Shown here: positions 53,364 to 61,980 of the stretch, piece after piece | Layout of the letters: each line of letters starts with the position of its first letter | Numbering within the stretch: position 1 is the first letter of the stretch | Assembly: GCA_023957995.1 (NCBI GenBank) | Contig: JAMLGK010000012.1 | Location: forward strand, 16,058 to 80,057 | Reading direction: 5' to 3' | Length of the DNA stretch: 64,000 bases | Source of the DNA: Microthrixaceae bacterium | GTDB taxonomy: Bacteria; Actinomycetota; Acidimicrobiia; Acidimicrobiales; Microtrichaceae | Notes under the pieces: generated by a model | Database searches by the model: none | What the model was told of the DNA's origin: nothing | Seen by the model: the letters and a program-made list of their open reading frames with translations, nothing else | Translations under genes and position numbers: made by a program

Positions 53364-54562
53364 CCGACTGCCTCGATCAGGGTCGGTCCGATCGGGGCAC
53401 GTGCGACCGTTCCCTGGTCCGCCAGAACCTGTCTGACTGCGGTCGCGACCGGGTCCACCAGTGAGCGCGGAAATGGGACCGCGTCCCTGTGAACCCCCTC
53501 GAGGCGGACCCGGGGCAGGAACACCACTTGCGCCGGGTTGTGTTCGGCGCCGAGCAACGCCCTGAGTTGGGATCTGAGCGTCGCACGGCTGGGATCGGAC
53601 CGCCTGGTGCGATTGCAGACGAGCAGCACGCGTTCGGCGGGGACGCCCGCATCGAGGGCCTCGGCTGTGAACCGTGCACCATCGTGAACTCCCTTGATCC
53701 CTGCATCGATCGCCACCACCCAGACCGAAGCCCTGTCGATCAGAGACGTACTCAGGGGTCCCGAGACCAGGTCACCGTCGTGGTCAACCACCAGGACCTC
53801 GGCATAGCGACGAATGACATCGAGTGCTTCGGCGGTCGCCGCCTGCGGAAGCGAGTGTGATTCCCGAACAGACGTGGCGCCCAGAATCAGCCTGTATCCG
53901 CGGCGGGTTGCGAAGTCGAGGTCGTTCAGTTCGGCTGGATCGATGGTGGAGCGACGAGACCTGGCCACCAGGTCTCCGAGACCGGGAATCACATCCCCGA
54001 CGTCGTGGTACATGGCGAGATGCCCGCGGACTGCTCCGTCGAGCAGGACCACACTGCCGGCATCCTGTGCCATCCCCTGTGCAAGAGCCATGGCGACCAC
54101 CGAGGTGCCGGCTCCGCCCGGTCCGCAGACCGAGATGGTCGTTGCAGCGGTCTCGTCCTGGTCGAGTGAGGCACGGATGAGTCGCCGGGAGCCGACCGCC
54201 CTCTGATCACAGATACGGCCGAGCAACGACGTGAGCTCGGCCGCGTCGAAATCCGCACCGAGAACTCCGGTCACACCGAGTGCCTCCCAGTCGGTGACCA
54301 CCGAAGCTGCCTCGACCCCCACTGGAACCGAACCGTGTCGGGCGATGGAGCCGACCAGGTCGCGGTCGACCTGCACCGATGCTCCATCGAGGAGCACGGC
54401 ATCGATGTCCCGTCCAGAGGCAAGCGCTGCTGTGAGTTCGGTCGCCGAGAGGCACGTCAACAGGTCCAACCCCAGAGCACCGGACGTCGACCAGCGAGCG
54501 ATAGCCGTCGGCCAGTTCGAGCGCGGGTGGGCGAGGGCCGCCAGCAGCTGCGGATTGCTCAC
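53360..54562 (-). CDS. tadZ: CpaE/TadZ/Ssd-like ParA/MinD-family ATPase with an N-terminal receiver-like domain
   Basis: Deviant Walker A SVCGPGGAGTSVVAMALA. The N-terminal ~130 aa is a CheY-like pseudo-receiver. It overlaps its neighbours by GTGA and ATGA. Confidence 0.8.
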   Translation of the reverse strand: MSNPQLLAALAHPRSNWPTAIARWSTSGALGLDLLTCLSATELTAALASGRDIDAVLLDGASVQVDRDLVGSIARHGSVPVGVEAASVVTDWEALGVTGVLGADFDAAELTSLLGRICDQRAVGSRRLIRASLDQDETAATTISVCGPGGAGTSVVAMALAQGMAQDAGSVVLLDGAVRGHLAMYHDVGDVIPGLGDLVARSRRSTIDPAELNDLDFATRRGYRLILGATSVRESHSLPQAATAEALDVIRRYAEVLVVDHDGDLVSGPLSTSLIDRASVWVVAIDAGIKGVHDGARFTAEALDAGVPAERVLLVCNRTRRSDPSRATLRSQLRALLGAEHNPAQVVFLPRVRLEGVHRDAVPFPRSLVDPVATAVRQVLADQGTVARAPIGPTLIEAVG

Positions 54563-55197
54563 GGTTGATCCTGAGCGTCCATGGTCCCGGGAGCCCCGAC
54601 CGCGACCGAGAGCTCCTCTGTCACGGCGGCATCCACGATCCCTGTGGCACTGTCCATGTCGGGCACCGCGAGCGTGACTCGAAGCCCTGCGGCGGAGCCG
54701 ATGCTGCCGGTTGAGTCCTCGGTGTCGACCGTGGTGATTCGGGCCGAAGGCGATACGACGCGCGTCCCGGAGTCCGACGTGGCGAGGATGGCGACCCAGT
54801 CTCCGGCGGCCAGTTCGGAGACCGGGGTCCGTTCAGGGTCGAGGCTCACGGTCACCTCCGTCTCTCCGCTGTTCTCGAAGCGGCGACCATCAACGAGGTC
54901 GCCGTCGGTCAGGAGCGTCGAGGGTTGAAGGGCGTGAGAGGCCAGTCGTCCGACCGCCTCGTCAGCCTGTTCCTCGCTCATGGCGCCGACCGACGAAGGC
55001 AGGTCGATCGCCACGGTTCCGAGCGACTCAGATGTGAGCCGTTCTCCGGTCTCCACGTGGCTGGTGATGACCAGGTAGCGGTCACGCGGCGGATCGCCGG
55101 CCGCCCGGTAGGCAAAGAGCACGCCGAACGCCGCAGTTGTCACCAGCGCTGCACCCAACAGGGCGCGCCATTTAATGACGGGCGGTTCCCCAGCCAC
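54559..55197 (-). CDS. cpaB: CpaB/RcpC-like (SAF domain) Flp pilus assembly protein
   Basis: N-terminal TM (WRALLGAALVTTAAFGVLFAY) followed by a SAF-like beta domain (YLVITSHVETGERLTSESL). The GTG start has a purine-rich GGGAGAG 4-5 nt upstream. Confidence 0.65.
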   Translation of the reverse strand: MAGEPPVIKWRALLGAALVTTAAFGVLFAYRAAGDPPRDRYLVITSHVETGERLTSESLGTVAIDLPSSVGAMSEEQADEAVGRLASHALQPSTLLTDGDLVDGRRFENSGETEVTVSLDPERTPVSELAAGDWVAILATSDSGTRVVSPSARITTVDTEDSTGSIGSAAGLRVTLAVPDMDSATGIVDAAVTEELSVAVGAPGTMDAQDQP

Positions 55198-55223
55198 CGT
55201 CTCTCCCTTCCTCTCCGCCGGAG

Positions 55224-55252
55224 ACCTTGCCCGCCGGATCGAAAGATGTCAA
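55224..55252 (-). promoter_or_regulatory. Candidate promoter of the tad operon
   Basis: Minus strand: TTGACA (rc of 55247-55252), a 17-nt spacer, then CAAGGT (rc of 55224-55229). This predicts a ~20-nt leader to the GTG at 55197. The -10 is weak. Confidence 0.3.
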
Positions 55253-55448
55253 GGGTTCGGTGATCCATTGACATCGCGTGAAGGTGCGGGAAAGGGGAGT
55301 AGGTCTCCGCGATCGCGGTTCTGGCCGTTGCAGCCTCAGGAGACCGCGAGCGCAACTCGGGCGGCGTGACACCGGCAACTGCGGCCTGCGGAAATCGTCT
55401 CGTCACGCATCCGCAAGGTGCGTCGGTGGGCCAGCTAGTCTCCGTTCA

Positions 55449-55697
55449 GTGAGCGCTGACGAGATCGACTGGTTGAACACAGCGAAGGCAGCTGAGCGTC
55501 TGGGGGTCACCCCGCGCACCCTCTACCGGTTCATCGACGATGGCCAGCTGCCCGCGTACCGCTTCGGACGGGTGATCCGTCTCAAGTCACATGAGGTCGA
55601 CGACTTCATCGAACGATGCCGCATCGCGCCGGGCACACTCGACCTGACCACTCCGCAGCCCACCCACGACCTGCGCGAGTCCGCCGAGAACCCCTAG
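55449..55697 (+). CDS. Excisionase/MerR-type HTH_17 DNA-binding protein
   Basis: LNTAKAAERLGVTPRTLYRFIDDGQLPAYRFGRVIRLKSHEVDDFI is the excisionase-family HTH. I chose the GTG at 55449. It is divergent from the tad operon. Confidence 0.75.
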   Translation: MSADEIDWLNTAKAAERLGVTPRTLYRFIDDGQLPAYRFGRVIRLKSHEVDDFIERCRIAPGTLDLTTPQPTHDLRESAENP

Positions 55698-55734
55698 GGC
55701 CACGGCGACCGCCCAGCGGTACACTCTGGGCCAC

Positions 55735-56694
55735 ATGAGTGACACGGCAACCCGGGTGCAGGTGCCGGGCAATCATCTGATGACCGACCTGCTCGGCACA
55801 GCGGATGACCACCTGCGACTGATAGAAGCCTCCTTCCCGAGTACCGACATCACGGTGCGCGGCACCGAGGTAGCAGCCTCTGGACAGGACGCGGCCACGG
55901 TGGGCCGGCTCTTCTCCGAACTGGTGACGCTGCTCGAGTCCGGCCATCGCCTCACCGACGGGGTGTTGGAGCGGACCATCGACATGGTGCGTGCCGACGA
56001 GCGACCCTCGGAGGTGCTGACCACCGAGATCATGCGCACCTCCCGCGGCGGGCGCGTGCGCGCCAAGACCGCGGGACAGAAGCGCTACATCGAGGCGATC
56101 GCAGACAACACGGTCACCTTCGGCATCGGTCCCGCGGGCACTGGCAAGTCCTGGCTGGCGGTGGCGATGGCGGTCCAGGCCCTGCTCGACAAGTCGGTGG
56201 AGCGCATCGTGCTGACCCGACCTGCGGTCGAAGCGGGGGAGCGCCTCGGCTACCTGCCCGGTGATCTGATGGCCAAGGTCGACCCCTACCTGCGCCCGCT
56301 CTACGACGCACTCCACGACATGGTCGGCCCCGAGGGTGCACAACGGCACCTCGAGAAGGGCTCGGTGGAGGTGGCGCCCCTGGCGTTCATGCGCGGCCGA
56401 ACGCTCAACTCCAGCTTCATCATCCTCGACGAGGCCCAGAACACGACTCCCGAGCAGATGAAGATGTTCCTGACCCGCATCGGCTTCGGTTCGCGCGCGG
56501 TCATCACCGGAGACACCACACAGGTGGACGTTCCCGGAGGTCGTTCCGGACTGGAACGGCTCGAGGAGATCCTCGGAGGCATCGACGGGGTGGGGTTCGT
56601 GCGTCTGACCGCACGTGACGTCGTGCGTCACCGCATCGTGGCCGACATCGTTGACGCCTACGCCCGCGCCGAGGAGCCCGGGCGCCGAGGGTGA
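55735..56694 (+). CDS. phoH: PhoH-like ATPase
   Basis: Walker A GIGPAGTGKSWLAVAMA, Walker B FIILDEAQN, and ITGDTTQVD. Confidence 0.92.
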   Translation: MSDTATRVQVPGNHLMTDLLGTADDHLRLIEASFPSTDITVRGTEVAASGQDAATVGRLFSELVTLLESGHRLTDGVLERTIDMVRADERPSEVLTTEIMRTSRGGRVRAKTAGQKRYIEAIADNTVTFGIGPAGTGKSWLAVAMAVQALLDKSVERIVLTRPAVEAGERLGYLPGDLMAKVDPYLRPLYDALHDMVGPEGAQRHLEKGSVEVAPLAFMRGRTLNSSFIILDEAQNTTPEQMKMFLTRIGFGSRAVITGDTTQVDVPGGRSGLERLEEILGGIDGVGFVRLTARDVVRHRIVADIVDAYARAEEPGRRG

Positions 56695-57209
56695 GTTCAC
56701 CAACGCTCGAGCGACCCGGCCGCCCGACGGTCCACATCTCGATCGGATCCGGTGTGGTGGGCACCGACGACCTGGCGGGTCAGCTGGCAGGACTGTTGGG
56801 CGATGTCCTGGATCTCGAGGGGGTCGCCGGGCGTGCAGAGGTAGGCCTGCACCTGGTGGGAACCGGGGAGATCCAGCAGCTCAACGCCGAACACATGGGA
56901 GTCGATGCTCCGACCGATGTGCTGAGCTTCCCCGTCGACGGTTCCGGCGGAGCGGATTCAGACGGTGACACTCCGCCGCCGTTGGTCGGCGACGTGGTGC
57001 TCTGCGCCGAGGTGGCGCGTCGCAACGCCGCCTCACACGCCGGTACGGAACTCGATGAGTGCCGACTGCTGGTGGTGCACGGTGCGCTTCACCTCTGCGG
57101 TTGGGACCACTCCGATTCGCAGGAGCGGGCCGCGATGTGGGCCCGAGAACGTCAGGTGATGGAGCTGCTCGGCGTGACGCCCCCGAAGGATCCATGGGGT
57201 GCGCCTTGA
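56691..57209 (+). CDS. ybeY: rRNA maturation RNase YbeY
   Basis: The zinc motif HGALHLCGWDH is present, and the GTG start overlaps the phoH stop. Confidence 0.9.
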   Translation: MSSPTLERPGRPTVHISIGSGVVGTDDLAGQLAGLLGDVLDLEGVAGRAEVGLHLVGTGEIQQLNAEHMGVDAPTDVLSFPVDGSGGADSDGDTPPPLVGDVVLCAEVARRNAASHAGTELDECRLLVVHGALHLCGWDHSDSQERAAMWARERQVMELLGVTPPKDPWGAP

Positions 57210-58477
57210 GCGCGAGAGACATCTGGTTGCTGGCCATCGCTCTGGTGCTGGTGCTCGTCGCCGCAGTCCTCGCGGTGGCAGAGACCGCGATCACGCGCAC
57301 CAGCCGCTCCCGGGCTGCGGCCCTGGTCGACCAGGAACGCCGCGGTGCGCCGCGTCTGCAACGGGTGGTGGAGAACCTCGAGCGGGACCTGAACGCGCTC
57401 TACCTGGCGGTCAACGTGATCCAGGTGATCCAGGCCGCTCTGGTGGGTGTGCTCGCCGGGCGCCTCTTCGGCGCCCTGGGAGTGGCCGCGGGCATCGTGT
57501 TGAACGTGGTCGTGCTGTTCACCGTGGCAGAGGCGGCCCCCAAGACCTGGGCGCTGCAGCATCCGGACCGGGCGGCGTTGATGACAGCGGGGCTGGTCGA
57601 GTGGATCGGTCGCGTCATGCGCTGGCCGGCCAAGGGACTCATCGGTGTCGCCAACATCCTCCTGCCGGGCAAGGGACTGCGCCGCGGACCGTTCGTCACC
57701 GAGGAGGAGATCCTCGCGCTGGCCGAAGAGGCCGCCGAGGCCGCGGTGATCGAGGAGTCCGAACGCGAGCTGATCGAGTCGATCATCGACTTCGGCGACA
57801 CCGTCGCCCGCGAGGTCATGGTGCCGCGACCCGACATCGTGGCTGTGGATCGCACCACCAGCGTCAGTGACACCGTGGAACTGGCGATCCAGCGCGGCTT
57901 CACGCGCCTGCCGGTCTACGGCGAGGGAGCCGACGACGTGGTGGGTGTCACCAACGTGAAGGACGCCGTGAGGACAGAGCGTGCCGGCAGGGGTGATGAA
58001 GAGGTGGGCCAGATCATGCAACCCGCGTACTTCGTGCCCGAGACCAAGGCCGTGTCGGACCTGCTGGCGGAGATGCAGGCGGGCTCGGTGCACATAGCGA
58101 TAGTGGTCGACGAGTACGGCGGAACCGCCGGTCTGGTCACCTTGGAGGACCTCCTCGAGGAGCTGGTCGGCGAGATCTACGACGAGTTCGACACCGACAC
58201 CCACCCGCTGCAGAAGCTCCCGGGTGGTCAGGTGCTCGTCGATGCCAGCTTCAACGTCGGCGACCTCAACGAGGAACTCGATCTCGATCTGCCCGAGGAC
58301 GGGTGGGACTCACTGGGCGGACTGGTGTTCTCGATGCTCGGCCGGGTCCCGGTGCAGGGCGACATAGTGGAAGTGGACGGAGTGCGCATGCGTGTGCAGC
58401 GGGTTGATGGTCGCAGGGTGGCACGGGTGCGGCTCACGCTCCCCACCGGCGAATCGGTGAAACGAGGTGCCCAATGA
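57194..58477 (+). CDS. Hemolysin/CorC-family membrane protein (DUF21 + CBS pair + CorC_HlyC)
   Basis: N-terminal TM DUF21 region ([15 protein letters not shown]), a CBS pair ([11 protein letters not shown]...; [23 protein letters not shown]) and a C-terminal transporter-associated domain. The start is ATG 57194 or TTG 57206. Confidence 0.88.
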   Translation: MGCALSARDIWLLAIALVLVLVAAVLAVAETAITRTSRSRAAALVDQERRGAPRLQRVVENLERDLNALYLAVNVIQVIQAALVGVLAGRLFGALGVAAGIVLNVVVLFTVAEAAPKTWALQHPDRAALMTAGLVEWIGRVMRWPAKGLIGVANILLPGKGLRRGPFVTEEEILALAEEAAEAAVIEESERELIESIIDFGDTVAREVMVPRPDIVAVDRTTSVSDTVELAIQRGFTRLPVYGEGADDVVGVTNVKDAVRTERAGRGDEEVGQIMQPAYFVPETKAVSDLLAEMQAGSVHIAIVVDEYGGTAGLVTLEDLLEELVGEIYDEFDTDTHPLQKLPGGQVLVDASFNVGDLNEELDLDLPEDGWDSLGGLVFSMLGRVPVQGDIVEVDGVRMRVQRVDGRRVARVRLTLPTGESVKRGAQ

Positions 58478-59403
58478 GTGATCCACTCGCAGAGATGATG
58501 GCCGAGGCCGGTCTGTCGCCCGACTCCGACGACCAGGATCTGCCCGCCGGGCACCGCTCGGGATTCGTAGCCCTGGTGGGGCGCCCCAACGTCGGCAAGT
58601 CCACGCTGTTGAACCAGATCCTCGGCGAGAAGGTGTCGATCACCTCCGCCCGGCCCCAGACCACACGGCATGCCATACGGGGAATCCTCCAGCGTCCGGA
58701 TGCCCAGGTCGTGTTCGTCGACACCCCCGGCATCCACAAGCCGCGCACACCGATGGGGGAGCGACTCAACGACACGGCCCGCTCGGCGCTCAGCGGTGTG
58801 GACGTGGTCTGTCTCCTCGTCGATGCCGCGGCCGGGTTCGGCACCGGCGACCGGCTGCTCGCCGAACAACTGGGTGAGGGTGCGGTGCTCGTGCTCAACA
58901 AGTGTGACCGAGCCCGTCCGGCAAGGGTCGCCGAACAGCTGGCGGCCGCCTCCGAGATCGGATTCGCCGAGTTCTTCCCGATCTCCGCACGCACCGGCGA
59001 GGGAGTCGACGAGCTCGTCGAGTACCTGTTGTCTCGCCTCGGTGAGGGTCCGCGCTGGTACCCGGCCGGGACCACCTCGGACGTGACCGAACGCTTCAGG
59101 GTCGCGGAGCTCGTCCGCGAGCAGTTGCTGGCGGTGACCCACGACGAACTGCCCCACTCGATCGCCACCACGGTGACCGAGTGGGAATGGCCGAGGATCC
59201 GGGTCGAGATCAGCGTCGAACGCGACTCGCAGAAGCCGATCGTGATCGGCAAGGGGGGCGCGGTCCTCAAGGAGGTGGGCACCAGAGTCCGCCGGCAGCT
59301 TCCCGAGGGTGCCTACCTGGAACTCCACGTGTCGGTCGACCGTGACTGGCAGCGCAACCCGCGTGCGCTGGATCGTCACGGATACGGGACCACACAGGAG
59401 TAG
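58474..59403 (+). CDS. era: GTPase Era
   Basis: G1 GRPNVGKSTLLN, G3 DTPG, G4 NKCD, and a C-terminal KH domain (VERDSQKPIVIGKGG). It has an ATGA overlap with the upstream gene. Confidence 0.95.
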   Translation: MSDPLAEMMAEAGLSPDSDDQDLPAGHRSGFVALVGRPNVGKSTLLNQILGEKVSITSARPQTTRHAIRGILQRPDAQVVFVDTPGIHKPRTPMGERLNDTARSALSGVDVVCLLVDAAAGFGTGDRLLAEQLGEGAVLVLNKCDRARPARVAEQLAAASEIGFAEFFPISARTGEGVDELVEYLLSRLGEGPRWYPAGTTSDVTERFRVAELVREQLLAVTHDELPHSIATTVTEWEWPRIRVEISVERDSQKPIVIGKGGAVLKEVGTRVRRQLPEGAYLELHVSVDRDWQRNPRALDRHGYGTTQE

Positions 59404-59412
59404 GTTTCGTCG

Positions 59413-60138
59413 GTGGACCTGGACCAGCTCGATCCCGACCGTATCCCCACCCACGTGGCTCTGGTGATGGACGGAAACGGCCGTTGGGCGCAACGGCGCG
59501 GGCTCCCGCGCACCGATGGTCACGCCGCCGGTGAGGAAGCCCTGCTCGACACCGTCCGCGGAGCCCTCGACGCCGGCATCCGCTGGATCACCGTGTACGC
59601 GTTCTCGACCGAGAACTGGAAGCGCCCCGCCGAAGAGGTGCGGTTCCTGATGGGCTTCAACGAACGGCTCCTGCTCGGGCGCCGCGACGAGCTGCACGAG
59701 AAGGGCGTGAAGGTGCAGTTCATCGGTCGACGCGATTGGCGGGTGCCCCGACGGGTGCTTCGTCACATCACCGAGACCGAGGAGATGACCAAGGACAACA
59801 AGGTCATGACACTCTCGCTCGCGTTCAACTACGGCGGCCGCGCCGAACTGGTCGACGCGGTCAACTCGATCCTCGAGGACGGCGTGAAGCCCGGCAAGGT
59901 GACCGAGCGGACGATCCGCAAACACCTCTATGACCCCTCGATGCCCGATCCCGAGCTGATGGTGCGCACCTCCGGGGAGTACCGGATCTCGAACTACCTG
60001 CTCTGGCAACTGGCGTATTCGGAGCTGGTGTTCACCGATGTGTTGTGGCCCGATTTCAGGCGCGAGGACCTCTTCGACGCGATCGGACAGTACCAGCAGC
60101 GTGAGCGCCGCTTCGGTGGCATAGAGAACACCGGATAG
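59413..60138 (+). CDS. uppS: Isoprenyl transferase (undecaprenyl/decaprenyl diphosphate synthase family)
   Basis: VALVMDGNGRWA, FSTENWKRP and RTSGEYRISNYLLWQ motifs. Confidence 0.93.
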   Translation: MDLDQLDPDRIPTHVALVMDGNGRWAQRRGLPRTDGHAAGEEALLDTVRGALDAGIRWITVYAFSTENWKRPAEEVRFLMGFNERLLLGRRDELHEKGVKVQFIGRRDWRVPRRVLRHITETEEMTKDNKVMTLSLAFNYGGRAELVDAVNSILEDGVKPGKVTERTIRKHLYDPSMPDPELMVRTSGEYRISNYLLWQLAYSELVFTDVLWPDFRREDLFDAIGQYQQRERRFGGIENTG

Positions 60139-60141
60139 CCC

Positions 60142-60861
60142 ATGGCCCTCTACCGGGACTCCGCGGTGGTGCTGCGCACCTACAAGCTGCGCGAGGCCGA
60201 CCGGATCGTGGTCCTGATGACCAGGGGCCACGGCAAGGTGCGCGCTGTCGCGAAGGGCGTGAGAAAGACCGGATCCAAGTTCGGTTCTCGCCTGGAGCCG
60301 GGATCCGCGATAGCGGTGCAGCTCTACGAGGGCCGCGGAGACCTCGACGGGGTCTCCCAGACCGAGACCACCGAGTCGCATCCGCTCACCCGGGGTGACC
60401 TGTCCCGCATGGGTCACGCCGCCGCCATCCTCGAAGCTGTGGACCAGGTGGCACAGGAAGGCGAACCCGACGTGCGGCTCCACGACATGTTGGTGGGCGG
60501 CCTCGGAGTGATCGAGAGGTCCAACCCACCCGCGGTGGTGGCAGGTTTCTACCTCAAGCTGCTCGGAGCCGAGGGCGTGGCTCCGGATCTGAACTCGTGT
60601 TCCTCGTGCGGGGAGTCACCCGATCGGCTGTTCTGGGCACCCGAGGTGGGTGCGCTCCACTGCGGTTCCTGCGGCGGGGGTCGGCCGCTTTCGCCCGAGA
60701 CGCTCACCCTCGCCAGGGCCGTGCTGGGCGGAGGGTTGAACGCAGTGCTCGACCTGCCTGCTGGCCCTGTCGTGCACGATCTCGAGGACTTCGCCTCGGC
60801 GCTGCTCGAGAACCACATCGAGCGGCGGCTGCGGGCGATACGGGTGCTGCACGACGGCTGA
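60142..60861 (+). CDS. recO: DNA repair protein RecO
   Basis: N-terminal OB region (DSAVVLRTYKLREADRIV) and the zinc motif CSSCG...CGSCG. Confidence 0.88.
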   Translation: MALYRDSAVVLRTYKLREADRIVVLMTRGHGKVRAVAKGVRKTGSKFGSRLEPGSAIAVQLYEGRGDLDGVSQTETTESHPLTRGDLSRMGHAAAILEAVDQVAQEGEPDVRLHDMLVGGLGVIERSNPPAVVAGFYLKLLGAEGVAPDLNSCSSCGESPDRLFWAPEVGALHCGSCGGGRPLSPETLTLARAVLGGGLNAVLDLPAGPVVHDLEDFASALLENHIERRLRAIRVLHDG

Positions 60862-60905
60862 GTGGTGCTCCGGAGCTGAGCCTGTGCCGGCCCGGAAACT
60901 CGAAC

Positions 60906-60956
60906 GTGTGGTGCTACGACGCGGGGGTGTGGTGCCACGACGCGGGCGTGCGGTCC
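60906..60956. repeat. 21-bp tandem repeat x2.4 (gtgtggtgctacgacgcgggg)
   Basis: Read directly: units at 60906 and 60927 (2 mismatches) and a partial unit at 60948. Convergent intergenic region. Confidence 0.8.
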
Positions 60957-61022
60957 GCTCAACTGTGCCCGGACGCGAAAGCGGGGGCCCGAAGGCCCCC
61001 GCAGTTCGGAAAGCTCTGTCAA

Positions 61023-61853
61023 CTAGGGAGCGACTGGCTCGCCGTTGATGACCCGGTAGGTCCAGCACACTGCGATGAGTGCCACGGGGATCGAGACCAG
61101 GAGTCCGATTCCGCAGAGCAGCGCTCCTGCGATGTACACGAGGTAGGACACGAGCAGGATCACGAACACCTGTCCGAGGTTGTTCTTGACCATGTCGATG
61201 GATCCCTTGATCGCATCGCCGGGACCTTCACCCTTGTCGAGCGCCCGCAGCGGAGCGAACGTGGTGAAGAACAACCAGATGATGCCCGGGATGAAGCACA
61301 GCAGGTAGCCGACCATGGCACCCAACGCCACCACGATGGCGGTGAGGATGTAGGGGCCGATGTTGGTGCTCTCGGTGAACATCGAGAACGAAGGCGTCCT
61401 GCCCTGGGTCACACCGAGGCCTGCCCGGTAGATGCCGGCCTGCACGATCACTGCTACCGCAACCTGCAGGAACATGGCGACGGAGAAGCCGATCATCGCG
61501 AGCACGAACGAGCCGTTGTCGCCGTTGATGGCCGGAATCAGTGCCAGCTGGGCGATCAACGAGACGACGAAGATCGCCACGAAGACGCCGATGACCAACA
61601 TGATGAACGGGCCGACGTTCTCGGAGAACTTGTTCCAGCCATAGGAGATGGCCGTGCCTACGTCGAGACGCTGGCCTCCGCCACCGCCCTGGTAGGGCTG
61701 GGCCGGGGGTGGGTTGTAGCCACCGCCGCCGCCTCCTCCGGGAGGTGGGGGCATTCCGCCACCTGGGGGCCCTGGCGGGGGAGCAGCTGGAGGTTGGCCA
61801 CCCGGGGGCGGGGGCATTCCACCCGGGGGTGGGGGAACATTGGGGTCACTCAT
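61023..61853 (-). CDS. Integral membrane protein with a Pro/Gly-rich N-terminus (function unknown)
   Basis: The ATG at 61853 has GGAGG 5 nt upstream. MSDPNVPPPPGGMPPPPGG... is followed by about six TM helices. The track start at 62063 is over-extended into the glyQS gene on the other strand. Confidence 0.6.
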   Translation of the reverse strand: MSDPNVPPPPGGMPPPPGGQPPAAPPPGPPGGGMPPPPGGGGGGGYNPPPAQPYQGGGGGQRLDVGTAISYGWNKFSENVGPFIMLVIGVFVAIFVVSLIAQLALIPAINGDNGSFVLAMIGFSVAMFLQVAVAVIVQAGIYRAGLGVTQGRTPSFSMFTESTNIGPYILTAIVVALGAMVGYLLCFIPGIIWLFFTTFAPLRALDKGEGPGDAIKGSIDMVKNNLGQVFVILLVSYLVYIAGALLCGIGLLVSIPVALIAVCWTYRVINGEPVAP

Positions 61854-61980
61854 GGATCCTCCGTGTGGTGGATTCGTAGTTGGGTCATCGACTGACGCAA
61901 AGGACGCTATCGGCGCAGCCCGGCGAATCGGTGGATTCCACGTTCCGGCGGCTTCCCGGGGGCCGGTAGCCTGAGCCTCC

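Noticed and set aside
55268-55296. Plus-strand TTGACA (55268-55273) as the -35 of the excisionase-type HTH gene
   Set aside because: No TANNNT-like -10 lies at 16-18 nt spacing (aaaggg/aagggg/gaaagg), and the start codon is about 150 nt further on. It is kept only as half of an inverted TGTCAA...TTGACA pair.
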